A stretch of 64,000 bases of DNA from Candidatus Eremiobacteria bacterium (lineage in GTDB: Bacteria > Vulcanimicrobiota > Vulcanimicrobiia > Vulcanimicrobiales > Vulcanimicrobiaceae): the NCBI GenBank assembly GCA_963737065.1, contig CAVTRC010000001.1, forward strand, positions 1,216,001 to 1,280,000, given 5' to 3'. This document shows positions 51,599 through 62,940 of the stretch, piece by piece. The translations under genes were made by a program, and so were the position numbers. How positions within the stretch are numbered: the first letter of the stretch is position 1; every line of letters starts with the position of its first letter. The notes beneath the pieces are model-generated. The model was not told the origin of the DNA, did not search any database, and saw only the letters and a list, made by a program, of their open reading frames with translations.

Positions 51599-53053
51599 AT
51601 GAACCGACTTCCCGTTGCGTGGCGCCGCATAGCGTCACTGCTTTTGCTCTGCGCCGCTTCGGCCGCGCTTCCGCTCGCGCTCTTCACTTCGACAACCGGG
51701 AGGGCGCGCGCCGATCAGACCATTACGCTTCGTACGGGGCAATCTACGGTATTGTCAACGCCGGGGCTCTCGCGCGTAGCGGTTGGAAATAGTGCGATCG
51801 CGGGCGTCGTTCCGGTCGGAACATCCGAAGTCGTGATCAATGCGAAGGACAACGGACAGACGACCGTCGTGGTATGGGAAGGCCGCGTACAGGAAAGCTA
51901 CACGGTCGTCGTCACTGACGGCGGCCTCGACGACATCGCGTCGATGGTGAAGGCGGCCGTGCAAGATCCTGACGTACGGTTCGTCAACTTCGCGCACGCG
52001 CTCATCGTTCGCGGTAAGGTTGACACGCGTGCGCAGTACGTCCAACTGCAGACGGTTCTCACGCGGTTCGAGCCGATGGCGAAAGCGAACCACTTCACGA
52101 TCGTCAACGCGGTCACGCTGCGTCATTCGTATGCCCAGTCCGGACGGGCGCTTTCAGTCGAAGGCGCTCGAGATATCTCGGTGGAGCCCGACGGCCAGGG
52201 AAATCTGATCGTAACCGGTGAGGTCGATTCGCTCGAACACGCCGAGCAGGTTCTCGCGCGCGCGCAATCGCTAGCCGGCGCGGACTTCGGCGCAACAGGA
52301 AAACTGATCGACCGGCTCATCGTCAACGGGATCACGCAGATCGATATCAAGGTCTACGTGCTCGAAGTCGATCAAAACGCCGCATCGCAGCTGGGGCTGC
52401 GCCTGCAGTCTTCCCAGGTCAACGGCTCGGTTTCCGGCGGATTCGTTTACGGACCGCCGAGCTTTCCGGTCACCGAAAACTGCGGCTCGTGCGCGAACGG
52501 CAAAGCGCTCAGCGTCGGACCATGGATTCGGACGACGCTTTTGGCTCCAACGCTCGACCTGCTGATGCAGACGGGCCACGCGCGAATTCTTTCGAGCCCC
52601 GACCTCGTCGCTCAAAGCGGAACCGAAGCGTCGTTCCTCGTCGGCGGCCAAATTCCGTATCTGTTTTCGAGCGGCCTCGGCCAAGTCTCCGTCGTCTTCA
52701 AGCCGTACGGCGTCAACCTCAAAGTCACGCCGAAGCTCCTGCCGAACGGCGACGTACAAGCGCTCGTGAATCCGGACATCTCCGATCTGGACTACCAAAA
52801 CTCGGTCTCGTTCGGCGGCTACACCGTGCCGGCGCTCAAAGAAAGCACGATCTCGACGAGCGTCATCGCCCAAAACGGCCAAAGCATCATCCTGGGCGGC
52901 TTATTGAAGCACCTGGACCAACGGGTCATCCAAAAGATCCCGGTGCTCAGCAGCATTCCGGTGCTCGGCAAACTGTTTCAAAGCACCCAATATCAGATGG
53001 GAGACACGCAAGTGGTGTTCGTCATGACGCCGAGCGTGATTCGCTCGAAATGA
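51599..53053 (+). CDS. cpaC: Tad secretin CpaC/RcpA with BON-like domains
   Basis: RVAVGNSAIA N-domain, ARILSSPDL, ASFLVGGQIP, YGVNLKVTP, KIPVLSSIPVLGKLF, VFVMTP. Confidence 0.93.
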   Translation: MNRLPVAWRRIASLLLLCAASAALPLALFTSTTGRARADQTITLRTGQSTVLSTPGLSRVAVGNSAIAGVVPVGTSEVVINAKDNGQTTVVVWEGRVQESYTVVVTDGGLDDIASMVKAAVQDPDVRFVNFAHALIVRGKVDTRAQYVQLQTVLTRFEPMAKANHFTIVNAVTLRHSYAQSGRALSVEGARDISVEPDGQGNLIVTGEVDSLEHAEQVLARAQSLAGADFGATGKLIDRLIVNGITQIDIKVYVLEVDQNAASQLGLRLQSSQVNGSVSGGFVYGPPSFPVTENCGSCANGKALSVGPWIRTTLLAPTLDLLMQTGHARILSSPDLVAQSGTEASFLVGGQIPYLFSSGLGQVSVVFKPYGVNLKVTPKLLPNGDVQALVNPDISDLDYQNSVSFGGYTVPALKESTISTSVIAQNGQSIILGGLLKHLDQRVIQKIPVLSSIPVLGKLFQSTQYQMGDTQVVFVMTPSVIRSK

Positions 53054-53244
53054 GCGTTGCGGCGCTGCTTCGCGACGAAGAAGGTGCGACGCTGACGGAA
53101 TACGGCGTGCTGCTCGCGTCTTTCAGCGTTCTCGGAATCGGCGGATTACTTGCCGTCGCTTCGTCGGCGAATTCGCTTCTTCAATCAATCTTCACGAACA
53201 CGACGGCGATGCAACAATGCCCGCCGGGAACGGCGGGATGCTGA
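53050..53244 (+). CDS. second Flp-family pilin (minor)
   Basis: RDEEG|ATLTEYG motif; ends CPPGTAGC; ATGA overlap with the secretin gene. Confidence 0.85.
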   Translation: MSVAALLRDEEGATLTEYGVLLASFSVLGIGGLLAVASSANSLLQSIFTNTTAMQQCPPGTAGC

Positions 53245-54239
53245 CCGGACGTCGACGTGGCGCCGCGATGGCGGAAACCGTTTCGGTGCTGGGCTTTACG
53301 CTGGCGCTGCTGTTCGGCGCCTCACAAATCGTACTCGCCGGATACGACCAGCTGCAGCTCGACGCGGCGACGTTTCTCTATTCTCATGCGTACGCGCTCA
53401 CCGGTTCGGTGCCGACCGCTAAACTTCAGCAAGTGCTGCCCGCTATTCCGCCCGGGAACATCGTAACGAAGCCGTCGGCTCCGCCGAATACGGAAGGAAC
53501 CGACGCCAACGCCGCCTCGGTTCTTGGTGAATATACGACCGGCGGCGTATCGAACGGCCCATCGCAGCCGAACAGCTCGCGATACGGCGGAGCGTCCATT
53601 ATTCTGCCACAGCAGATCGTATCGCAAGGCACGCTTTCGCTGCCGTCGTTCGACCTGTCGCTTTTTTCGAATCCGGTGAAATTCACGTCGGGGAACGTCG
53701 AGGGCCGAGCGATGGTCGTCAATCACGACGACGATGCGACCGGATACTCATACAACTCGACGCAGTCATCCGGCAATCTCGTCGCACCGATGAGCGCGAG
53801 CGGAGACGATCAGAACGTTCCCCCGTACTACTTCGCAATGGCTTCGATGAAACAGTGCAAATCGAGCACGAGCGATTTCCTCGACTGCGGCCTCGGGACC
53901 AGCCTGTACGCGCTCGGCCTCGCAGAGTATCTGAAAGACGTTTCGAACAGCTCGGCGAGCAACGGAAACTATCAGAACGGAACGAACGGCGTTGCGTACG
54001 GTAGCGCGTTCGGCGCAATGACGTGCCATCAACGATTCTATGCGACCGTCGCGGCGGCACTTCAATTGTATTCGGACTACACGACGGTCACAGCGGCTCC
54101 GCAGCCGAACGCGTTCGAGACGGCGGCACTCCAGGCGACGAACTACGACGTCGATGTTTTTGCGATGGGCGGTGTCAGCGGAGACTACGGGACAAAGTTT
54201 CCGCAACATCCGAATTACCTGATCGGTGGAGCGTGCTAA
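53238..54239 (+). CDS. TadE-like pseudopilin with large C-terminal domain
   Basis: RRRG|AAMAE followed by a hydrophobic helix; Ser/Thr/Asn/Gly-rich with four Cys. Confidence 0.75.
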   Translation: MLTGRRRGAAMAETVSVLGFTLALLFGASQIVLAGYDQLQLDAATFLYSHAYALTGSVPTAKLQQVLPAIPPGNIVTKPSAPPNTEGTDANAASVLGEYTTGGVSNGPSQPNSSRYGGASIILPQQIVSQGTLSLPSFDLSLFSNPVKFTSGNVEGRAMVVNHDDDATGYSYNSTQSSGNLVAPMSASGDDQNVPPYYFAMASMKQCKSSTSDFLDCGLGTSLYALGLAEYLKDVSNSSASNGNYQNGTNGVAYGSAFGAMTCHQRFYATVAAALQLYSDYTTVTAAPQPNAFETAALQATNYDVDVFAMGGVSGDYGTKFPQHPNYLIGGAC

Positions 54240-55309
54240 TGTTTGGGAAGCATGGGCAGCGTGGACAGACGCTTCCGATTTGGACGTTCGGTACGCTGAC
54301 CACGCTCGCGTTGCTTGCATTTTCCGTCAACTACGGAAACTCGCTGTACTGGCAACTCCGCGCACAAAACGCCGCCGACGCCGCAGCGCAAGGCGCGTTA
54401 TCGATTCAGGCAACCCATTGGAACGCGCTCTTGAGCGATCTGCATGCCGCAGCCGTGGAGGAATACCGGCTGCGTTTCCTGTTGCGCGATCTCGCGGTCG
54501 TCTCGTCTTCGAATGCGGCCGCCGACACCGGATGCACCACGGGCAGCGGCCCGACATCGTGTCAGACGATCTACCAGAACCTCAGCCAGCAATTTACGGC
54601 GGCTGCGAACCGCTACACCTCGGACGTTAAGCTCATTGACTCACTCGATACGCCGACGTATGCGAGCGACGTAGCGGCGGTCAAACAAACCGTCGCGAAC
54701 TTCCAGACGAACTGCGCCTCGACGTCGGGCGGCGATTGCGCGTTTTCCTATTCGGTCGTGAACCCGCAGCCGCGCACGCTCGCCTTACATGACGTATTTT
54801 CGGATTGCTGCGGCAGTACGGTTGGAGGCGGTTCGACCTCTCCCGCGGCGCTCAATCAGAATCTCGTTCCGCTGCAGATCGAAGTCATCGCGTGCGCAAC
54901 CGTCAAGCCGCTCTTTCCGACGATTCTGTCGTGGAGCGCTTCACCAAACTTCATTGCGATCGGTCGAGCCGCAGCGACAACGATCATGGCGACGCAAGAG
55001 TTCATGGAGAGCGGCGGCATCGTGAACCCGCTCAGTTCGAAACCGTTCCAGCCGGCGGAATTTCCGGAATCGTCCGGCGACACACCGCTGTTCTCGAACA
55101 ACGATCCGAATTTGCGCATCGATTTCGGTGGAAATATCGACGCCCCGTATGGAAACAACGGCAATCCCCAGACGTCGAGCCCGAACGGGTCGTTTGGCGG
55201 AACGCTCGGGAATCAGGCGATGGATACGTACGTAGGATGGTGGACGACGGTTTCGATACCGCCCTACAGCGGCACGCTTACGGAAGCGCAGTACACGTGC
55301 AAGTCATGA
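54239..55309 (+). CDS. TadG-like tip pseudopilin
   Basis: QRG|QTL, TM, AQNAADAAAQGA motif; Cys-rich. Confidence 0.85.
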   Translation: MFGKHGQRGQTLPIWTFGTLTTLALLAFSVNYGNSLYWQLRAQNAADAAAQGALSIQATHWNALLSDLHAAAVEEYRLRFLLRDLAVVSSSNAAADTGCTTGSGPTSCQTIYQNLSQQFTAAANRYTSDVKLIDSLDTPTYASDVAAVKQTVANFQTNCASTSGGDCAFSYSVVNPQPRTLALHDVFSDCCGSTVGGGSTSPAALNQNLVPLQIEVIACATVKPLFPTILSWSASPNFIAIGRAAATTIMATQEFMESGGIVNPLSSKPFQPAEFPESSGDTPLFSNNDPNLRIDFGGNIDAPYGNNGNPQTSSPNGSFGGTLGNQAMDTYVGWWTTVSIPPYSGTLTEAQYTCKS

Positions 55310-55971
55310 GGTCGCACGCGTGCCGCGGACAGGCGTTCGTCGAGACGATGATCTTTTTGCCAGTCTTTCTGCTCGTGCTCTTCGGTATTATTTGGATCGT
55401 GCAATCATCGGTCGTGAACGAACGGCTTCAATTCGCCGTGCGGTATAGCGGATTAGTGTCAAGCCAAGTCAGTCCGTACAGCGCCTGGAGCTTGTACTCG
55501 CTCTACGAAAATACGGAGTATCCCGGCTCGGCCACGAATGCGACGCATGCGTGCAGTCCGCCCGCGATCAACATCCTCTCCAACGCCGCACCCTTTCCCG
55601 GTCCGACGAGCCCGCCGTTTTGGGAGCCCGTATCGACCGGCGTTCCGAACTGTACGAATAACAAAGTGACGATGAGCGGCCCTTCGTTCGTACAGCCGGC
55701 GATCTTTTACGAGTCGATCTCGTCGCTTTCGGCCGGCACCGCCGTTCCCGCCTATCTCACATATCAGAATCCGCCGCTTACTTCGCCGCAATTTCTCTCC
55801 GCCACGCAAAAGTTTTTCACGGCGCCCGATATGCAGTTGATGCTGAACTGTTACAGCGACCTCGATCAGGCGGTCCAACAGTCGTTGTCCGGAAGCGGCG
55901 GCAGTAAAGTCTCTCCGCCTACCGCGCTGCCGTTGTATCCCTCGAGCTCGGAGCTCAGTTCCAGTTGTTGA
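55306..55971 (+). CDS. TadE family pseudopilin
   Basis: RG|QAFVETMIFLPVFLLVLFGII...AVRY. Confidence 0.87.
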   Translation: MRSHACRGQAFVETMIFLPVFLLVLFGIIWIVQSSVVNERLQFAVRYSGLVSSQVSPYSAWSLYSLYENTEYPGSATNATHACSPPAINILSNAAPFPGPTSPPFWEPVSTGVPNCTNNKVTMSGPSFVQPAIFYESISSLSAGTAVPAYLTYQNPPLTSPQFLSATQKFFTAPDMQLMLNCYSDLDQAVQQSLSGSGGSKVSPPTALPLYPSSSELSSSC

Positions 55972-57266
55972 GTAACGTGCGCCTTCCGGCGATTTTCAAG
56001 CGACGTGACTACAGCGTCGTCGAGCGGCCGTCGGTCATCGGCACCGTGGACGGCCCGGTCGTCAGCGCGGTGATGTGCATCGCCAACAACTGGCGATCGG
56101 CCGTCTTTGGTGCACGAATCCTCAATAAAAGCCGCGAGACGCTGTACTGCACCGTGTACGGCGAAACGTCGAACGGTCTCGAATCGATTGCGCCCTACGA
56201 GTTCCGCGTGACCTCGCTCGGCATCGAAGATTTCACGATCGTCGTCCCGCGGCGCATTCGCAGAGCGTTCAAGCGCGTGATCGTCTCGATGCGCGGTGCA
56301 ACGCTCGAGTACACGATGGCCGCACTCGTACCACGGTGGGTCCGTCCGATCGTTGCCTTGCCGGTCTGCGCGAGCCTGGTCGCGGCGGCGACCTTCGTGT
56401 TCGCGGGAGTCAATACACTTCAAATCGGCCCGGCCCCCGAACGCGTCCGAACGCAAAGCTTCGTCCAAATCCCGTACGCGGCATTCGGCGTCGGATCGCT
56501 TCGGTACGATGTCATTGAAGGCTCACACGTCATACGCACCGGCGCGCTGCCGCTGGGCCGGGGAGCGGTCTCGTTCGTCGCAGGCGCGCCCGGGACGGAA
56601 ACCGTCCGCCTGACATGGCGCGGGTTGCGCGGCCTGGCACACCGGTCTACGACGGTGCCCGTGAAGCGCGGTCCCACGGTGGAACTTCCACCGGAAATTC
56701 GGTCGTTCGCGATGCAGCGCTCGCGCGTAACATCGGGCGAAGCGATCGGCGTGCAGTATGCCGTATCCAGCGCGACCGCGCGCGCCGTGCTCGTCGATGC
56801 AAGCGGGAAAACGGTCTACTACACTCCGCTCCAAAGCTCGGGGTCCGCCGAACTGCCCGCACCTGCGGTGCAGCGTCCAACGCAATACGCCATTCGCATC
56901 GAAGCGCTCCGCGGCGGGCGGATCGCTTCGACTTCCGCGGCCGTTACGGTATTGCCCGTCGCACCGGCGGTGCTCGATGCGTCGCAGCCGCTGCGCGCGC
57001 AAGACCTCGTGCAGTTACTAACCCCGTACGCGATCGCCGGCAAGCCGCTTGCCGTCTCCATCATCGACCACCGCATTCCGCTGCGCTTGGGATTGCAGAC
57101 GGCCTCGGGCGTCGAAATCGCGCATGTAGATGCGCCGGCGGGCGTTACCGCCGCGATGCTCGATATTCCGAACGCTGCGCGCGGAACGTATTCACTCGTC
57201 GTTACGGTAAAAGACGGCGCGTCGGAACAAGCGGTCGTTCTACCCGTGCCCGTTCGCGCAAAGTGA
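55965..57266 (+). CDS. single-pass membrane protein with beta-rich (Ig-like) domains
   Basis: Long ORF overlapping tadE; one TM near aa 130-150. Start uncertain. Confidence 0.65.
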   Translation: MLSNVRLPAIFKRRDYSVVERPSVIGTVDGPVVSAVMCIANNWRSAVFGARILNKSRETLYCTVYGETSNGLESIAPYEFRVTSLGIEDFTIVVPRRIRRAFKRVIVSMRGATLEYTMAALVPRWVRPIVALPVCASLVAAATFVFAGVNTLQIGPAPERVRTQSFVQIPYAAFGVGSLRYDVIEGSHVIRTGALPLGRGAVSFVAGAPGTETVRLTWRGLRGLAHRSTTVPVKRGPTVELPPEIRSFAMQRSRVTSGEAIGVQYAVSSATARAVLVDASGKTVYYTPLQSSGSAELPAPAVQRPTQYAIRIEALRGGRIASTSAAVTVLPVAPAVLDASQPLRAQDLVQLLTPYAIAGKPLAVSIIDHRIPLRLGLQTASGVEIAHVDAPAGVTAAMLDIPNAARGTYSLVVTVKDGASEQAVVLPVPVRAK

Positions 57267-58627
57267 CCGCTCGCAGCTTCGCCGCGGTTGCGTTCTTCGC
57301 GGCAATCACCCTTGCGGTCTCTCACGAAGCGATCGCGCACTCCGCGTTCGCGGGAGATTTTCGGGCTTTTTATTGCGCCGGGGAACTCGCACGCCACGCA
57401 GTGTTTTCATATTCGGAACCTGCGATCGCCGCGTGCGAGCAGCGTGCGGCGGGACCCTGGTTTTTCACCGCATCGGCGAGTTTGGTCTACCCGGCACCGC
57501 TGCCGGGGTACGCGGTCGCGCTCTTTGTCCCCCTATCGCTGCTTTCGTTCGGTGCGGCATCGTTACTGTGGTCCGGGCTCGCATTCTTTAGCGCAATCGG
57601 TATTGCGGCGCTTTTAACCTCGCTCCGGATCGTCTCGTTCGATGCCGCAATCCTCGCACTTTCGGTTCCAATGGCAACGATCATCATTCCGACCGGCGAA
57701 CTTCCGTGGATCGCGCTCGCCGGCATCGCGATACTTGCAACGGGAATTTCGCGCGAGCGAAGATCGTTACGAATTGCGGGGCTTGCGTGCATCTGTACGG
57801 AACCGCAATTGGCGATCGGCACGTTGGTGATGCTTTGCGCGCTGCACCGCCGCTACGTCGCCGACGCTGCGGTCGTCGCGATTGCGCTCATCGTGCTCTC
57901 CGCTACGACGATCGGCGTCCAAAACAATGTTTTTTACGTCACGCAGTTCTTGCCGTCGCACGTCGCGGCTGAAACGATACGAGCACAGCAATACGGCGTG
58001 CCGTGGATCGTGGCGCAACTCGGCGCGTCCGTTCAGGCGGCGCAATGGACCGGCCGTGTCGTCTTTGCGCTGGCCCTCGTCCTGACGGTCGTCGTAACGC
58101 GGCGGCTTGCACGGACGGGAGACGCGATCGGCGCGTGCGTGGTCGCGCCCGCCTTCGCGCTGCTCGGCGGCCCGTTCGTACACGAGGATCACTTGCTGTG
58201 CGCTATACCGGCCGCAGTATGGTTAGCATCGTGGCGGCCGGCGCTCGGCATCCCGGCAACGATCGTTCTCGCGCTTCCCATCGAACCGATTTTCGCGCAG
58301 CCGCTGTTGCTTCTGACCGTTCCGATCGTCACGGTGTGGTTTACTGCGGCATCGGGAGCGGGTGCGCGCACCGCGCTGTACGCAGCGCTCGGCGCGATAT
58401 CGTGCGCAGCAATCTTAGCGTTTGCGGCAGCGCATTTCGGGCTCGATTTTGAACGCGGTTCACCGAGTTCGCACGGCGTCTGGGCAAGCTACGTCGCTCA
58501 ACATGACGTGGTACGCGGGTGGGTTATCTGGCTCATCAAGTCGCCGGTGTGGATAACGCTTGTTGCGCTCGGAATTGCAGCGAGCGCGCCGAAAGGGTTT
58601 CGTCAAAATGCGCCGGCAGCCGCGTGA
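57263..58627 (+). CDS. GT-C fold glycosyltransferase (GT87/DUF2029-like)
   Basis: GDFRAFYCAG, YPAPLPGY...F.PLSLL, many TMs, PFVHEDH; GTGA overlap with the upstream gene. Confidence 0.72.
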   Translation: MTARSFAAVAFFAAITLAVSHEAIAHSAFAGDFRAFYCAGELARHAVFSYSEPAIAACEQRAAGPWFFTASASLVYPAPLPGYAVALFVPLSLLSFGAASLLWSGLAFFSAIGIAALLTSLRIVSFDAAILALSVPMATIIIPTGELPWIALAGIAILATGISRERRSLRIAGLACICTEPQLAIGTLVMLCALHRRYVADAAVVAIALIVLSATTIGVQNNVFYVTQFLPSHVAAETIRAQQYGVPWIVAQLGASVQAAQWTGRVVFALALVLTVVVTRRLARTGDAIGACVVAPAFALLGGPFVHEDHLLCAIPAAVWLASWRPALGIPATIVLALPIEPIFAQPLLLLTVPIVTVWFTAASGAGARTALYAALGAISCAAILAFAAAHFGLDFERGSPSSHGVWASYVAQHDVVRGWVIWLIKSPVWITLVALGIAASAPKGFRQNAPAAA

Positions 58628-58804
58628 GCAGTACACGGTGCCGCTCGACTGAGCGGGCTCAATGGACGTTCAATCTCCCGGTGGAGGCCCCGCGGTCCGG
58701 CGTATGTCCGGCGTCGATGTCAGCCACAATCTCGCGGCGAAGTTCGCGTGCGGATTGCGATCGCGTTCACGGTTTCCGGGTTCGCCATCGCGAAGCGTCA
58801 ATAC

Positions 58805-59670
<866 letters not shown>

Positions 59671-59674
<4 letters not shown>

Positions 59675-61191
59675 AAGCGTTCTACGTCACCACCCCGATC
59701 TATTATATCTCGGGGAATCCGCACATCGGGCACGCGTACACAACGATCGTCGCCGACGTTCTCGCGCGCACGGCGCGAACGGCGGGTCCCGCGTTCTTTC
59801 TGACCGGCACGGACGAACACGGACAGAAAGTCGCAAATGCCGCAGCCGAGCACGGAAAAAGTCCGCAGCAATGGTGTGACGAGCTCATTCCGCGTTGGAA
59901 ATCGCTGTTCGCCGCGTTTCACGTCGAGTACGACGACTTCATTCGAACCACGCAAGCGCGCCACGAAGCGAAAGTGCAGCGCGTGTTCGAACGGCTGCGC
60001 GAACGAGGCGACATCTATCTCGGCACCTACGAGGGTTGGTATTGCGTCGCGGACGAAACGTTCTGGCTCGAGTCGAAACTCGTGAACGGACGCTGTCCGA
60101 CGTGCGGCCGTGAGGTGGAGTGGATCAGCGAACAAGACTGGTTCTTCCGGCTGTCGTCGTATCGCGATCGGTTGATCGAGTACTTCCGTTCGCATCCGGA
60201 CTTCTTGCGCCCGCGCAGCGTCTACAACGAAATGATGGCGATCCTCGACGAGGGACTCGAAGACCTTTCGATTTCGCGCACCAACCTCACGTGGGGCATT
60301 CCGATTCCCGACGAGAGCGGCGTCATCTATGTCTGGTTCGATGCGCTGCTCAACTACATCACGGCGATCGGATGGTCCGAAGACGAGGCACGTTTCCATC
60401 GCTGTTGGCCGGCCGACGTCCAGCTGATCGGCAAAGAAATTGCGCGCTTTCACACGATCATTTGGCCGGCGATTCTTTGGGCGCTCGGCGAAGAGCCGCC
60501 GAAAATGGTCTTTGCGCATGGCTGGATCACGGTCGACGGTCAAAAGATGGGCAAGAGCGTCGGCAACGCGACGGATCCCTTTTCACTCGTCGAGCGCTTC
60601 GGCGCGGATTCGCTTCGGTATTTCTTGCTGCGCGAAGCGCCGTTCGGCAGCGACTTCTCGTATTCGGAAGAGAAGATCGTGCAGCGGCACAATAGCGATC
60701 TCGGGAACGATTTGGGCAATCTGCTCAATCGCATCCTTGCGATGCTGCGCAAATACCGCAACGGCGTCGTTCCGAACCGTCCGGCATCGAGCTCGCTGAT
60801 CGCGCAGTTCGCCGATCTGCCCCAGCGCGCGCGAGAAGCGACGCTTGCGCTGGATTTCCGTGGATCGCTCGAAATGATTTGGGAACTCGTCACGGCGCTC
60901 AATCGCGCAATCGACGAACGCAAACCGTGGTCGCTCGCGAAAGACGGCCGAAACGACGAGCTCGATGCCTTGCTGTACGATCTGTGCGAAGGGCTACGTT
61001 GGCTCGCAATGCTGCTCGCGCCCGTCATGCCGGAACGCATGGGCGAGATGTGGCGTCAGCTCGGCATCGATACGCCGATCGACGCGGATTGGCTGCAAGC
61101 GCTGCGCTATGGCGGCATCGCGCCCGGAACGCAAACCGCTGCGGGCGAACCGCTTTTTCCGCGCATCGAACTTGCCGGAGTATCGCCATAG
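59671..61191 (+). CDS. metG: methionine--tRNA ligase (short form, no C-terminal tRNA-binding domain)
   Basis: TTPIYY, HIGH, TGTDEHGQK, YVWFDALLNY, KMGKS, LFPRI. Confidence 0.97.
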
Positions 61192-61193
61192 AA

Positions 61194-62876
61194 ATGAGCC
61201 GGCGCGGCGGTCCAAGCCGAGGCGTTGTAATCGGCGGCGGCGTCATAGCCGTCGGTGGTCTTGCATTTGCGCTCAGCGTAAGCGCGCGCGACTTTGAACT
61301 CGCCGACTGGATCGTCACTGCGTCCGCTTGCGCGGCGATGTGCTTCTGCGCGCTCTACGGCCTTCCGATTCGTGGATTGCGGATGCGCCGAACCGGAATC
61401 AACGCGGAGGCCGTGTTTCTGTGGCTGACGATTGCGGCACCCCTCTTCGCGCTTGACGGATACACCGGGCCGACGGCTGCCGCGATCGCGACCCTCACCG
61501 GATTTTCAGCCGCCGCCGTTATCCGGCAAACCAATCCCGAGACCGATCTGGCGCGCCACGGCGTCCTGCGAACGCTCGCCGTGCTCGCACTCGTTCCGCT
61601 TGCGCCGCAATTTACGGCGTTGCGCGCGCTGCCGGTCGCGGAAGGCTCGTTGATCTTCGCCGCATTTCTTGCGGTCTACTCGGCGCTGTTCGAAATGCTG
61701 ATCTCCGCGCCGGTAGCCGCATACACCCATCACATTTCCGTTGGACGCGTCCTCGATTGTGTTGCTCGCGATCCGCGAACGTGGATTGCGGGCGCGGGAA
61801 ACGTCGTGTGGGCGACCGTCGTTCGCGATTGCCTCATTAGCGGCCATCCGTATTTTGCGGTCGCAATGTGGATGCCGGTGATCGTTACCGCGCTGCTGTT
61901 GCGGACGATCGATCGACAACACGCCGAGTTGCATCGCTTGCGTCTGGTGCGCGATGCCGTGCAGGCAATGCTCGGCGAACGAGACCCCTTGCCGCAGATC
62001 AACGCGATTCTCGCGACGTTACGAGTCCCTTCATTCGATGAAACCGTCACCGTGCTTGCCGCAACGGGCGCGCGAACGGACACCTGGCGAACGGTTACGA
62101 CGCTCGGACCGCAGCTCAGTTCCGCGGGCGATGAATTGCGCCGCCGCATTCTGCCGCGCTTGAAGTTCAGTGGTTCACCCGAGACGATGCTGCGCGACGA
62201 CTACTATGTGGCATACGCCTTCGGCGCGCGGCTTAGTGACGGCGAACTGCACGGCGCGATGGTCGTCCATCGGCGCTACGATCGCCCGCTTTCCGCAGAG
62301 CAAGTCAATCAATTCACCAACGCCGCGTTTGAACTCGCGCCGCTGCTGCGCGACATGCGCACGATTGCGGCAACCCGGAACGCGGCGACGATGGACGCGC
62401 TCACGGGCGTCTTCAACCGGTCCGCGACGCTCGACCGGCTCCAGCAAATGCTCGACGACATGCCGCTCACGGCGCATGGCGCCGTGCTGCTGCTCGACGT
62501 CGATCATTTCAAGACGATCAACGATCAACTGGGGCACGGAGCCGGCGACGAATGCTTGCGAAAGATTGGCGCGATCATCAAATATGCCGTGCGCGGCGGC
62601 GACACCGCGGGACGTATCGGCGGAGAAGAGTTCCTCATCGTGATGCCGGGTGCGACGCGCGATGTGGCGTTGAGCGTTGCGGAGCGGCTGCGTCTCGCGG
62701 TTGCCCTCGGCGGAATGAAATACGCGAACGCTCAGCCCGTGACGGCAAGCATCGGCGCAGCCGGCGCGATCATCGGCGACACCGTCGAGACACTGCTTGC
62801 GCGCGCGGACCGCGGCCTCTACGAAGCCAAACGGCAAGGACGCAATCGGATCATCGAAAACGAGGAAACGGCGTGA
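61194..62876 (+). CDS. membrane-bound diguanylate cyclase (multi-TM, GAF-like, GGDEF)
   Basis: DALTGVFNR, DVDHFKTINDQLGH..GD, RIGGEEF, LYEAK..GRN. Confidence 0.92.
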   Translation: MSRRGGPSRGVVIGGGVIAVGGLAFALSVSARDFELADWIVTASACAAMCFCALYGLPIRGLRMRRTGINAEAVFLWLTIAAPLFALDGYTGPTAAAIATLTGFSAAAVIRQTNPETDLARHGVLRTLAVLALVPLAPQFTALRALPVAEGSLIFAAFLAVYSALFEMLISAPVAAYTHHISVGRVLDCVARDPRTWIAGAGNVVWATVVRDCLISGHPYFAVAMWMPVIVTALLLRTIDRQHAELHRLRLVRDAVQAMLGERDPLPQINAILATLRVPSFDETVTVLAATGARTDTWRTVTTLGPQLSSAGDELRRRILPRLKFSGSPETMLRDDYYVAYAFGARLSDGELHGAMVVHRRYDRPLSAEQVNQFTNAAFELAPLLRDMRTIAATRNAATMDALTGVFNRSATLDRLQQMLDDMPLTAHGAVLLLDVDHFKTINDQLGHGAGDECLRKIGAIIKYAVRGGDTAGRIGGEEFLIVMPGATRDVALSVAERLRLAVALGGMKYANAQPVTASIGAAGAIIGDTVETLLARADRGLYEAKRQGRNRIIENEETA

Positions 62877-62940
62877 AAAGCCGGGACCCCGTGATGCCGG
62901 TTACAATCCGCGATCGTACGATGCAGCGACGCCCACTCGT

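Noticed and set aside
60541..60560. KMGKS instead of KMSKS in MetRS
   Set aside because: Within ordinary variation of the class I synthetase motif; all other motifs are intact.
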